DNA of 64,000 bases from Macrostomum lignano. Taxonomy: Eukaryota. The notes below the pieces were generated by a model that saw nothing but the letters and a program-made list of their open reading frames with translations, did not search any database and was not told the DNA's origin. Location: NCBI GenBank assembly GCA_002269645.1, contig NIVC01002688.1, positions 62,001 to 126,000 of the forward strand, written 5' to 3'. Of the stretch, positions 50,522 to 63,704 are shown piece after piece; position 1 is the first letter of the stretch; every line of letters starts with the position of its first letter. The translations under genes were made by a program, and so were the position numbers.

Positions 50522-53500
50522 TCATGTTGCCATCTCTGACTGATTCTTAGCGAAATTGATGAACACCTGGAAAAATGAAACAAGATTGAAAATTTCAACA
50601 AACCCATAAAATATGTTGCTCGTTATTGACAGAAGTACCAGTTTACCTGGTCCAGAGTGGTCTGGTTGACGCTGTAGTCCAGCACCAGACCGTTGTCCTT
50701 GAGCCTCTGGACGCTCTCAAAGATGGTCCTGAGCCTCACGGTCTGCTTCAGCTGGTACTGCAGCACAGCCGCGTGGTTCTCGCACAGCACGGCGTCCGGA
50801 AAGGCCGACATGAACGCTTCGTGAGCTCTCTCCAGCTGACCTTCCGTGTTATCGATGGTAGCGGAGGCCGAGGCAGAGGCGGATGTCGCCTCCTGCGACT
50901 GCGGCTGACGAACGCGCAGGAAGATGGTGAACCCTTGGCCGAACTTGTTCTTCAAGTGCTGAGGACTGCCGATGCACTGCAGTCTGCCGTTCACCTGTGT
51001 AAGATGTTAGTGAAGGTATGGTGGGCAAAGTGAGCTGCTTGGCTGCTGCATGAGCTGCAATACCAGCACTGAGCTGCTCTCACCATGATGGTGAGCCTGT
51101 GACACAGCGCTTGGCAATCCTCCATGCTGTGAGTTGTGAGAATGACGCACGAGCCAGCAGTGACCATGCGTTGGATGCAGCGCCAAAGGAATCTGCGAGC
51201 TCCAGGGTCCATGCCGGCAGTTGGCTCGTCCAGGAACACGATCGGCGGGTTGCCGATGAACGCGATGCCGCAGGAGAGCTTGCGCTTGTTGCCTCCGCTG
51301 TACTCCTGAGTGGTCTTGTCCAGGTGCGCCTCGATGCCCACCCTGCGGTGTCGAGGTGGCCCTGCGTACAATCTTCTCATTTCAAAAGCGCACTTTTTAG
51401 AGTAACATTCATTCAATTTCAATTTCACTTCCATCGTTTCACTTATCAGAGTAACGCGAGCAAGAGCAAGATCGGTGACGAACCTCTTTGAGATGGTCTC
51501 CACCAGCTGGTCGATGTCCTCCTCCTCCACGCCTCGAATCCTCGCGTACAGCTGCAGCGTCTCCCTGCCGGTCAGTAGTGGCAGCAGCGCATCGAACTGG
51601 GGACAATATCCCAGCTGCTTGTGAACCTCGAGAGCCTCCGTCAGGATTGAGAAGCCGCCGACTCGAGCGTCTCCGCTCGTCGGTGTGAGGTCACCTGAGG
51701 TCATCGAGGCATCGAGGGTGAAAATGCATGCATTGAGCATTTAAGTAGAAAAAGCAAATCGATAGGACCTCTTGAACCTACGGACAGCATCTGCTCCCAG
51801 CGACTCACCAGTCAGCATCTTGAACGTGGTCGTCTTGCCAGCTCCGTTGACGCCCAAGAAGCCGAAGCACTCCTGAGACTTCACTCCCAGACTGATGCCT
51901 TTGACGGCGGCTCTCGGTCCGGAGCTGGTGCTGAAAATCTTGACGAGCCGCTGCAGTTCGAGCAAGTAGGAGCTGGCGCCGGCTCCGTCAACCTTGGCAG
52001 CTTCAGCGAGCACGTCATCGTCGATCTCCGCTGCTTCCGGCTGCCGCAGCGCGCGCTCGTACTCGGCGCGGTAGAAGAGGCGGAAGAAGCGCGAGGACAC
52101 GAGGCCCTGCTTGCAGCAGCAGTTGTACTCGAGCAGCAGTACGAGCGCAAAGTACACAACACTGTGCGCCACAAGGCAGGCCAGATATCGGCCAGAGGCG
52201 CTCCAGGCGCTGTCGTGGATGTCGATTCCCCCGATAATTTTTTTAAACACTGCGCTGCTGAGTCCGGTTTCAATTCTCATTTTCTCTAGCTTGACCGATA
52301 CCTGCGCCAAGATCAAGGCAGATGTTTTATTAATTTCTGAATGGTTTGAAGCACCGGTAGCAGGCCCTCAGAATAAAATTATGCATTTATTCTGCGCAGT
52401 TTCTCTGGAGCTTCTCAAGCTCCATGGAGACAGTAGGGACCAACTTGAGAAGGGGTCGGCAAACCACAAAGTCTAAATAAAGAATGCAGCTCAAGGCTGC
52501 GTGCCATGCCCAGATGAGAGAAGAAATGAGAAAATAGATGAGAGAATGAGAGAAAAGTTAAGAGGAGATGAGTGGACGAGAGAAGAAGAGAAGACATAAA
52601 AACATGAGAAGAGTCCTTATCGTAAACCTTAAGAGGGCCAGCCTGCTTATGGCCTGCTATGGTGAAGTTTCAGAGAACCTAAGGGCCTGATGGAGAAGCA
52701 TCGCGGGCCCCATCTGGTCTGAATCAGAGGCTCAGACCCAGTCAACTGCGTGGCTTTTCCCTGCTGCAATCGGAGTTTCGACTTGAAAGACTTTCTACGG
52801 CAAAATATACAGGCTACGCGGATTATCAGACTGAAGCGATGGTAGGATTAGCAAATTTCAATATACGAGTTATGATAAAAGCAGCAAATGCGTCATGACT
52901 GCGACTGGCCGAGCTCTCACCTGATAGAAGACATTCAGTTCGACTAGCGACTGGCCCAGACAGAAATGTGGCAGCACGAGAAATGCGTTCTTGAGTATGC
53001 CCGCCACGTGCAGCAGTGATTCGTCATTGTTTTGCTGACCGATGAGTCTGACAATGGTCACTGACATTGTGGTCACGAGTCCAAAGCACAAGTTCAGGCA
53101 TGACAGCAAGGTGAACGCCTTGCTCGGAACGGTCATCACCCAGCTAAAGGGGTACATCATTGGTGCACTGGCGAACCCGAAAAGAACCATGGTCAGCAGG
53201 AACGGTCCGATGGTCTGCGCACCAACGAACTCGTAGTTCTTGAATGCCACAAACAGGAATATTACGATGGTCAGCGGCACCATGTAGTTCAACAGGTTCC
53301 AGATGTGGTTCACGATCCAGTACAGAATGGGGTTAATTCCGGACACGAACTGCACTTGTTTAGAATTTGTACTTCTCTCGGAGATGAGGAAGAGTACAAA
53401 GCTGGCGGGAATGAAGGACAGGGCGAAAACAATGAACACAATTATCGCGGCGGACATTGCCACATCGTTTTTAAGTACGTTTTTTGCGTGCTTCAGCCGA

Positions 53501-56500
53501 GAAGTGATGGGGTGAGTCCAGCCGGACACGCCGATCTGGTCAGGCGAGCCGATGCTCTTGTTAGCCAGAGCCCTCATGATAGCGTTGCTGAGGGTGTTGA
53601 GGTAGGCAGGCCCGGACACGTAGCCCCGGTTGTCGAACCAGACTTGGTTCACAATGGAGCTCAGATTTTCTTGTTGTCGACTGCTCTCCAGCCAACTGTA
53701 CAGCTGCTCCGTGCTCCTAATTGGGGATCAGATATTAGCGATTCGACTGACTGACTGACTGACTGACTGACTGACTGACTGACTGACTGACTGACTGACT
53801 GACTGACTGACTGACTGACTGACTGACTGACTGACTGACTGACTGACTGACTGACTGACTGACTGACTGACTGACTGACTGACTGACTGACTGACTGACT
53901 GACTGACTGACTGACTGACTGACTGACTGACTGACTGACTGACTGACTGACTGACTGACTGACTGACTGACTGACTGACTGACTGACTGACTGACTGACT
54001 GACTGACTGACTGACTGACTGACTGACTGACTGACTGACTGACTGACTGACTGACTGACTGACTGACTGACTGACTGACTGACTGACTGACTGACTGACT
54101 GACTGACTGACTACTGACTGACTGACTGACTGACTGACTGACTGACTGACTGACTGACTGACTGACTGACTGACTGACTGACTGACTGACTGACTGACTG
54201 ACTGACTGACTGACTCTGACTGACTGACTGACTGACTGACTGACTGACTGACTGACTCTGACTGACTGACTGACTGACTGACTGACTGACTGACTGACTG
54301 ACTGACTGACTGACTGACTGACTGACTGACTGACTGACTCTGACTGACTGACTGACTGACTGACTGACTGACTGACTGAATTAAAGGAGCCTACCTGTCA
54401 GATGTATTGCTGCCAATAAGCGTGTCCATTTGCCTTAGCACCAACGAAGTCTCCTTTCCAGCGCGGGTGGCGTCTGCACTGACTGGCTGCGAGTCGTTCA
54501 CGAACAGCGTGTAGCCTCCGAATCTCTTTCGGTAGTACTCCATCACTGTCGACTGGATGTAGTTTGTCAGGTTGTAGCCCTGCATGCTCTCCACAATGTC
54601 GGAGCTCATCAGAGACTTCCGAGCTGGCGCTGGCCAGTCAACGCACTTGGCGCTGTTCGGGTAGTCCTTGTACGAGCACTGACACCACGATGTGTTGCTG
54701 GGCAGGTTGCTGGGAGTCTCAGACCACACAGAGCCTCGTCGCTGCGTCTTGCACGGGAAGTCGGGGTTGCTGAACACATCCTCTCGCATGCAGCGAGTTC
54801 CGAGGAAGTCCGTGCTGTTCATGTGCAGCATCAGCCGGTTGGACAGGTCGGTCAGGCTGTGGTTGTTTGGGTAGGCGGTCAGGCTGCGGCTCTGGAACAC
54901 TGATAGGTCCTTGAGGCGAGATCGCTCTGGCTTGCCGAGCATGTACCAGGGCGCTAACTCCATCGGTGGATGTTCACCTACTTTAGGCACAATCTTGAGC
55001 AGAGCGAGGGCCAGGAGGATAAACATTGGAGGCAGCACAAACTCGGCGAGGAATCCGATCTTTGAGCGACGCATTACGTGGAAGCGCTTGAGCCAGAGCG
55101 CCTTGATTTGCTGCCACAAAGGCCGCCGCGTCCTTCGTACTTTCTGCTGACTCTGAGACTCTGCTGATATATTTTCTCTTGAACTGCGGCTGCTCTCACC
55201 GCCTTCTGTATTGCTACTCATCGCTTGTTCCAAGTACCGCCGTCGTACACTTTCCCTATAAGACGGGCGAAACTCGACAACGGAGGAGTTACAGAGCAGT
55301 TCCTCTTTTTTTTTATCAGGCAGCCCAGTCACAGCGAGAAAAATCTCTTCGAGGGAGCTGTCCTCGATACCGTATGAAGAGATTCCCAGCTGTAGGGGAA
55401 GTTCGTCCAAAGTTTCAAACAGGTCAGCAAATAGAGGCACAGAGCTGTATGGCAGCCTGATGTTGATCTCACTGGATGTGCACTCCGCCAGATTTGCCTC
55501 TGGGACCTCAGACTGCACAGAATTCAGCACTACATCAAGCTCGCAGTCTGGCGAAGCCTTCACCAGAGTCAGTGTGTAGCCCTCACCGAACTCTTTCTTC
55601 AGAAACATCGGAGAGCCTGAGCACACGAGACGGCCCTTGTTGATGACGCAGATTCGGTCGCCCAGAATTTCCGCCTCGTCCATGTGGTGGGTGGTCAGGA
55701 TGATGGTGCGGCCCTGACGATACTTTGCCAATACGTCCCAGATCGAGCGACGTGCGTGGGGGTCCACGCCTGAAGTTAAATATAATGGAGTACAATGGAG
55801 AATTCAAGAATGGGATTCCAAACGCAGACATTTCATACTTTATGTCGAAGGAACGCTTCATCTGGTTCTGAGACGGTCTAAACCCACAAAAGTTTTGTCA
55901 ATACAAAAGACTTCAAGAAAAATGGCTAAGTATAATTAAGTCAACTCTATTGGTTAATATAACGAAATTTTGCTGATTCTGATAATTAAACACAGACAAA
56001 AATTGTTGAACTTCATGGAAACAACATGAAGCGGCGGTATTATAGTTGCAGCATATTCTGGTCAACAGGGCTCTCTCTTTTTCTCGCTTTGTAAGAGAGA
56101 AGAATGTCTTCAAATGTCACCCAGGCCACCCGCAGAGCTCACCGGCAGTTGGTTCGTCCAGAACAACGACTTTCGATCCGCCTATAAATGCCAGGGCAAC
56201 AGACAGCCTTCGCTTCATCCCGCCTGACAGATTACCGCAAATCTCGTGTCTCTTTTTTTCGAGGCCCACATCGGCGGCCAAGAAGTCAATCTGTACGTTC
56301 AGCTCCGCCCTGCTGAGGCCCTTCAGCATGCCGTAGAAGTAGATGTGGTCCTCAACCGTCAGGGTGTCGAACAGCACATTGTACTGAGGACACAGGCCGA
56401 GGTGCCTGCGAATCTGGTCCATCTCTGTGCGGATGTCGTACCCGCCGATGAAGGCGGTGCCCGATGTCGGCAGAAACAATCCAGTGAGAATCGACATTGT

Positions 56501-59500
56501 CGTGCTTTTTCCTGTGGCCAAAAGGTTACGTAAACTTTAATAGATCTGAGTTTGAATCAGCATACGAAAATGAATATCGGGTTCAGCAGCAGCAGAGCTT
56601 CGAGAACTAAAATCAGATTTGTCACTGTTAGCTAGCGTTGCAACTCACCGGCGCCGTTGTGACCCAGAAAGGAGGTGATCTGATTTTCGAAGAAGTTGTA
56701 GCTGAGGTCGTCAACAGCAGTGAGAGGCTCGGTTTGTCTCCGGCAGGAGAAGCAACCGGGCCGGTAGATCTTCGACAAATTCCTAATCGCAACGCCCACT
56801 TTCAGGTTCGCGGGCTCGTCTTCGAAGTGCTGCTTGCTGCTTTTATTGGAATCCACTGAGACTGATTCTACTTTGCCATTGGAAAATGCCAGGCTGCTGT
56901 CACTGACACCATGTTTGCTTGTGTTCCCGAACCAGAAGGAGTGCAGGAAAGGAAAGTACCACGGCTTCGGGACTCCGTACGGGCCGGGGAATAACTTTTC
57001 CAGGTACCAGGTGAGCAGCATTAGAATGGCGGAATCGACCCACAGCATCAGAATCACCTAAAGTCGTTTGAAGGCGAGTTGACAATACAGATAGAAATAT
57101 TTGATTAGACAGAAATTATTCAGTGGGGGACTCTCAATCATAAATTTTTCATGACGCATAGTTTTAGTAGTATATTAAAATCAGTATGTACTGCATAAAG
57201 CTGTGCTAAAATATCCATAATTTTAGTCCCGCAAATCGTCAAAGCAAAATCTTACCAAGAAAAATGACAGCTCCTCACTCCAGAGCGGCGCGCTGAAAAA
57301 GTTATTGGCCTGCAGTCCGATCACGGCCAGCTCCCAGTTGCTGATGATCTCGCTGCCAATGCCGAATGCAATCTGCGGAATCAGAAAGCTCACAATGAAG
57401 TGGGCTTGCCTCATGGTGCTGGTGAACTGTATGACCACCAGGTAGATCACGTAGCCGACAATGTAGGCCACGGCTGCGACCGCGGCCGCTACGCTTGCGT
57501 TGGAGAAGAAGATCGATATGAAGAAGGCCTCACAAATCGTGCTGACCGCGAATGAGACGATGAAAAGGAACAAAAGCCCGGATTTGAGAGGCCGATTATT
57601 TGCCCAGCCTTCAGCATCACTGTTATCAGAGTGCCCGAAACCAGCATGATTGCAAATGAGGTGATGAACCAGGAGACCCAGTGCACTCCGTCGGACAGTC
57701 CCATAATCTTCATCATCTCTTTCAGCCGGGTCTCTTTCTCGTAGACAATGGCGTTCACCAGCACGGACACATTGAATATCCACGTGAAAATCAAGAGCAT
57801 GGGTAAGAAAGCATTGGTGACTTTGGCGAAGGTGTCATCCATGTAGCACACTGATGGGAACATTGTCAAGTAGGTCTGGAGCGGCGCGTTCACGCCTGTA
57901 ACTTCTGCTTGAATTCCGTGTTCGAGCAGCTCCTGGTGTAAAATGAGAAAATTAAAAAGAACTGCGAGTTAAAACAAGACGCGTCCCAGAGTCGTTGCAG
58001 GTAACACAGGTAAAATAGAAAAGAAGTGACTCTAAAACGAGCGACACAAGTGACTCTGGGGCGCTTCTATAATGATGGGCAGTAAAGTCGAACCTGAGGC
58101 GTGCAAGAGTCGCTGAAGAGTCACTGAATTGTGTCTAAAGCGCATCTGAGTCACTCTTTGAAATAAAAATGTGCATTTCAGATTTTTAATAACTTTACGA
58201 GTGTATTTAGTCTGCTTGAGTTAGTAGAAAGGCCACCCCCAGGGATGGGCAAGCTGACCACCCCGAACAACATCCGTGATCTTCGCGAGTTGGTCCGAGA
58301 TACCGGCCGGATGAAGGTCGCCGATGCCTCCTCTGTGAACCTGCCGACTACTTGCGGGGCTAAACCCTCGCACCAGGGTTAAACCTTCGTTTCATGTAAG
58401 TAAGTAAGGTAGAAAGTTAAGCGCTAACACAACGACTCTTATACTAATTTTGCGACTCTTTTACGATGTTACAGCTCCCGTGTTGCTCTCGTGACTCAAC
58501 AGTGGCCTCTGCATTACAGTCGTTTAAGTACTCGCATTTTTAAAAGTCCCAACAGGTACCCCAGAGTCTCTAGAGTCACTAGTGAGTTGTTTACTATCAC
58601 CCTTCATCGGTTCTTGTCACGGTTGCTTTTTCAGTGGGAGTAGCTGGTATGCAGTTTGAAATCAGTAATCAAATTTTTCCAGTGAAAATATTTTTCTTGA
58701 ATGACCTAATGGAAGAAAAGCTCACCTGAATGTATATGAAGAAAGATGTAAAGTACTTAAAATCGGTTTGAAAATTCGTTCGAGGCTTTGGTTTGAAATG
58801 GCTGTCCAATACTTTGAAGTGCCTGGTGCTGTCAATAGAGTTTTCTGGAAATCTTAAGCGGTACTTCACGAAGCCCGGCGCCAGCTTGTCGAAGAGCAGA
58901 GACGCAATGAACAGCGACTTGTTCACTTTCTTGTAGTCTTCCAGTTCGTCGATGAGGAAGCTGGTGCGGTTTTCCAGCGACTTCTCGGTGCTGAAGCCGC
59001 GAAGCTTGCTAAGGCGGAAACAGGCGGTGGCGAAGTACAGCCTGAGCATTAGTGTGTTCGTTGTATTCAGGGAGTCCTTCCATGTAGAGCTGGTATTCGA
59101 CTGAGCGGAAGGCGGATCTGGTTGCAGAAACAGCTCCAGGTTCTTGCAGTTGCGACCGTTGGGCTGCCCGGCGTAGTAAATTTGGCAGTGACTCAGCAGT
59201 GTCTGAATGTGTGAAACGAAGGCATACGCATCGAATGCAGACACGCAGTACAACCATATAGTATAAGGCAGCCCAGGCTCACGGGCTAAGGTCTGCGGTA
59301 CTACACACGGTCCCTCTCTGTTTTGGTGTAAGAATGGGTAGAGAACCTTCCTCCATGCTGATTCACAAGCCGGTCTAGGGGTTCGCCTCCAGCATATGCT
59401 TAATGAGGCTGGACTGACAGGGCTCCAGTGGGGGGCAACCCATCCGTGGCCTTGACTTTTGATTTGGTCATGTTGGGTACGCGGGTTCTCCTGGAAGTGT

Positions 59501-62500
59501 ACCTTTGCGTATCAGGTGCCTCTGGCTACGGATCTAAGGGACTGGTGTTGCCTTTTGAATTTAACAGGGTATGCGGCCAGCCCACCAGCCTCTGGAGACA
59601 GCCTCTTTGTCTATCAAGAGCCCAGTGTAGCACCGCACTGATGGTCTTTTGGCTCAGCCTCTTACCAGGTTCTTAACTGAGGAGTTTCTCAGTTGCTAGC
59701 CAAGAAGAAACGCAAAAGCAAGCAGGAAAGCCAAGTCCGACAAGTGTCACCAATACTGCACGGAGCTGGAGGGCGCTACTTCACGCGTGGTCAAGACCCT
59801 CACTCTTGACGAGATGTCAAAGCTCTTAGTTCTCAAAAGATCAGGTGTATTACCCTCCAGTACGTGCCCAAGGCCCGGAAAGAGGCTACGATTGTTTTCA
59901 TTTCCAAAGCTGGGAAGGGAGACTGTGAGTGCATCACTCTGCCAAAGCCTACCGCCCCATCAGTCTGACGTCCCTCGTACTCAACCAGAATGCTGTTCGA
60001 TCTGGATGTTTCATCGAAAGCGCTGCACGCCATTGCCGACAAGCTCATGTTAATGTGCCGTTTGAAACCTTTAGATGAGGCTTAGCTATGTGCGCAACTT
60101 ATGAAATTTCCACCGTGGAAAACTTTGAGGTTGGGAAAGAATATGAAATTTCGAGCTTATGAAACACCCGGCCCCCCTCCCGCCGAGGGTTTGCGGAATG
60201 AGCGGTGATGATTCCCCGCTGCATCCGGATGCCCAAAGACCCCTGCAGCTGATTCAAACTTAATATACGTAAGAATCTTTGCTGTTTCAGAGGCAGCCAA
60301 GTCAGCGCAATGCCCAAACCGTCCAAAACACCCGAAACAAAATCGCACCAACCCGCATATTCGCCATCTCGCTGCTGTTGGTGATGAAGTTGGCGATGCG
60401 AGGACTCGTTGACTTCACGAAGTTCTCCGCTATGTAGGATGCCCAGGACGCTGCAATAAGGGTCTCGTTCAGCTGGAGTGTTGAATTATAAGTGTAAAGA
60501 TGCTTGCATTGTTTTCAACTCTCAAAATTCAGTTTGTTTGCTTCATCGGCTTACTTTCTTGAGAAACTTTCGCGTCCTTTCTGATTCAGGATAGTAAAGG
60601 ATTTCTCCGAACATGAGCCGTTTGAGGCCGGAGAACCCGAGCTTGTCGAGCAGCCAGTCAGGAAGCAGCAGGATGGCATTCTGATAGCGCTTGTCTGAGC
60701 AAACTGCGGGTGAGAAACGTCCTTTCTCTTCTTGCATTCAAAATTTAAAACTCTTTACTGCACAGTGAAGAGGTCTGATAAAATGGCACAAATATTTTTG
60801 ATTTCCAACTCTAGAAGATAAAATCAGGTGATAGTTGAATGTCTTGATGATACTGACTGTGAGCACAAGTTGACATTTTGTGCTGAGTCATAATGCACAC
60901 TCAGCAACACGACAATGAAAAGTCGCGACTCTATGCGCCAGTGAGCAATTTCTCTCGGACTATTATGAAATAATAAATACGAGAAAACTGATCGGGGCAG
61001 CTTTAATCCGTCCAACCCTCGCACACCGCTCCCCCCCCCCTACTTCATTTCTCAACTTAAGTCTGCCGCGGCGTAGCTAAGATGCCTCACCTGCTAAGAT
61101 TGAGACTTTACCTGCCCTCATAAAAGTGGCGACCACAGACGGAATCTTCTGTGATGGCGAAATTTCGATGTTGCTGAGTATCAATAGAAGATGCAAGTTG
61201 AGATAATTCTTGGGCTGCAGGAACACCCAAAGTGCTCCGAAAGCATATAAAAAACGTGCATTCTGAGGACTGCATTAGAAAACAAGGTGCTCACACTCCT
61301 CTGGAGGCAGAATGGTTGTCAGATTGACTGTCTCCTCTGAATCGTTTGTCGATTTCTCGATTAATTCGTTTGGCTCGAAGTCTTCGGCTACATCTTCGAC
61401 CATCTCGCGGTCCAGGTAGTCCGACAGGACGTTCTTGCCGGAGCCGCAGACATGGCCGGCTAAGATCTTTACAGACCGCAGCCAGCCCTTCAGTCTGCTG
61501 CTCGACAGGCCTTCAGTCACATTCACGGCGAGGTCGCGCATCTTTTGAAACACGAGCAGCGTTCCATCGTTGCTCATCTCGTTAATCTGCGGGATATTTT
61601 AATTCAACGTAATGTACGAAAGAAGAGCCTCGTAAGAGCGTGTGTTGTGCTGTCAGATCTACCATGATATCTATTTCAATTTGCCAATCTTCAACCATGG
61701 AGCTTACCTGAGAAAGAAGCATCTGCAGACTCTTGAGGTCACTGGGGTTGAGCAGAACGCTGCGCTTGTTGCTGTCTGTAGAGGCCATCTTTTAATGAAA
61801 ATGATTGGGTTGGAGTTGGAGTCACAAGGCTTAATTTGCTGCTAAGCTCTTTAACGCATAAGTAACCTCTAGTCTCTGGAAAGCACAGCTCTAGACAGGT
61901 GTCAAGAACTCCATCCCTCTCACCTGGGCCCGAACCGCGTCAAAATCCAGCTGAGACCGGAGGTTTTCGCGGAACCGCGGCTGCTTGCAGAGCTCCCGCA
62001 CTGCCCGGGTCCAGTTGGCGGTGGCGCCGGCCCCGCTGCACAGGATATTGGGCAGCCCGCTCTGCGACAGCATCAGGCCAGCCATGCCGGGGCCCATGGA
62101 CAGGTCCAAGAGCTGCAATGGGTGATGTCTAATTGTACAAAATTCTAACACGGAGTCCCGTAGGAAGTGGTGAGCATGTCCTAAGACTTTATCCGTACAG
62201 CTCATAGTTAATACTCAATAGTTAATATTTCATTGTTCTCAGTTCATAGGCACATTCAGGCAGTGAAATTCAGCTAATTTTATTCCACTTTACCTTGGGA
62301 AACGGCACTTCCGCCGTCTCGAAAGACGCTCTCTGCTCCTTTGTTACCTTGACGCCATCGAACAGCGCGCTGCCGTTGTTTTTGAAAAGCGAGCGGAGTT
62401 TGATCTTCTTCATCTCTGCAATGTCATGACCCATTTTCATGCAGGGACGGGTGATTGCAGGGATAGGAGAGAGCAGGGATAGGAGAGTGCAGGGACAGGA

Positions 62501-63670
62501 AAGAGCAGGGATAGGAGAATGCAGGGACAGGAGAGAGCAGGGACAGGAGAGAGCAGGGACAGAAGAGTGCAGGGACAGGAGAGTGCAGGGACAGGAAAGA
62601 GCAGGGATAGGAGAGTGCAGGGACAGGAGAGAGCAGGGACAGGAGAGAGCAGGGACAGAAGAGTGCAGGGACAGGAGAGTGCAGGGACAGGAGAGAGCAA
62701 GGACAGGAGAGAGCAGGGACAGGAGAGAGCAGGACAGGAGAGAGCAGGGACAGGAGAGAGCAGGGACAGGAGAGTGCAGGGACAGAAGAGTGCAGGGACA
62801 GAAGAGTGCAGGGACAGGAGAGTGCAGGGACAGGAGAGAGCAAGGACAGGAGAGAGCAGGGACAGGAGAGAGCAGGGACAGGAGAGAGCAGGGACAGGAG
62901 AGTGCAGGGACAGAAGAGTGCAGGGACAGAAGAGTGCAGGGACAGGAGAGAGCAGGGACAGGAGAGTGCAGGGACAGAAGAGTGCAGGGACAGGAGAGTG
63001 CAGGGACAGGAGAGAGCAAGGACAGGAGAGAGCAGGGACAGGAGAGAGCAGGGACAGGAGAGAGCAGGGACAGGAGAGTGCAGGGACAGAAGAGTGCAGG
63101 GACAGGAGAGTGCAGGGACAGGAGAGAGCAAGGACAGGAGAGAGCAGGGACAGGAGAGAGCAGGGACAGGAGAGAGCAGGGACAGGAGAGTGCAGGGACA
63201 GAAGAGTGCAGGGACAGAAGAGAGCAGGGACAGGAGAGTGCAGGGACAGCTCAGCTCAGCTCACTTGTGGGGTCGGACAGGGCAGGGCGCGTGGCCGAGG
63301 CGGCGAGTGACAGCTTCTTGATGGTGTTGTGGTTCAGCCAGAAGTTGATCGCGCCCATCACCCGCGATATGTTTCTGAAACTGGAACGAGGCGAATAATA
63401 AAATTAGCTGGAACTTTTCGCCTTGACCAAGGAGAGATCTCACCCCTCGTCAGTCACGAGGTCTTGGTCTGTGTGGAAAGTCTGGGCTCCCTCTCGACAA
63501 ACTCCCAGGTGACAGAATGACCTGAGCACCGCACCCAGGCCGCTCGAAGCCAAGGGGGACGGTTTGAACTGGCAGGCCGACGATCTCTGAAAGAAGTCCT
63601 GCGACTGCCGGATGCCGATGAGGATGGAGATGATCACCAGCGGAGCGAGCAGCTCCATCAAAGTGGAGAT
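50522..63670 (-). CDS. ABCA-subfamily full transporter, copy C (exon 1 lies beyond the window; one apparent frameshift near 57578)
   Basis: Exon 2 starts at 63670 ([11 protein letters not shown]). Exon/intron positions match A and B. NBD1 [13 protein letters not shown]2 near-identical to B. Last exon 50522..50566 [14 protein letters not shown]. The frame changes inside the TM exon between ORFs 57489..57893 and 57223..57783. Confidence 0.9.
53745..54378. repeat. (GACT)n microsatellite, ~158 units, in ABCA-C intron 53717..54394
   Basis: Directly visible, with a few interruptions. Confidence 0.98.
58232..58408 (+). mobile_element. 5'-truncated 3' end of a non-LTR retrotransposon (RTE-like) with target-site duplication
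   Basis: Ends in a (TAAG)n tail. Flanked by GTAGAAAG at 58224-58231 and 58409-58416. Translates [24 protein letters not shown], resembling the L..LA.DR..W...V C-terminus of RTE-type ORFs. Confidence 0.6.
59858..59985 (+). mobile_element. Degenerate non-LTR retrotransposon reverse-transcriptase fragment in an ABCA-C intron
   Basis: [22 protein letters not shown] then, after a frameshift, [15 protein letters not shown]. This matches the LINE RT N-terminal motif P..W..A.V..IPK.GK.....YRPISL. Confidence 0.7.
62455..63248. repeat. 16-bp purine-rich minisatellite (cagggacaggagagwg, ~49 copies) in an ABCA-C intron
   Basis: Directly visible. The sense (minus) strand is almost pure pyrimidine. Confidence 0.95.
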
Positions 63671-63704
63671 CTGCAGAGTTTGAGCGGCGGTGTTGGATGA
63701 TTCA

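Noticed and set aside
53745-54378. (GACT)n as repeated branch-point (CTGAC) motifs
   Set aside because: CTGAC lies on the antisense strand of ABCA-C, so this is an ordinary microsatellite.
20927-57085. Numerous 60-160 aa ORFs antisense to or overlapping the ABCA, GPCR and PEAMT exons
   Set aside because: These are shadow ORFs expected from GC3-rich codon usage and have no independent signals.
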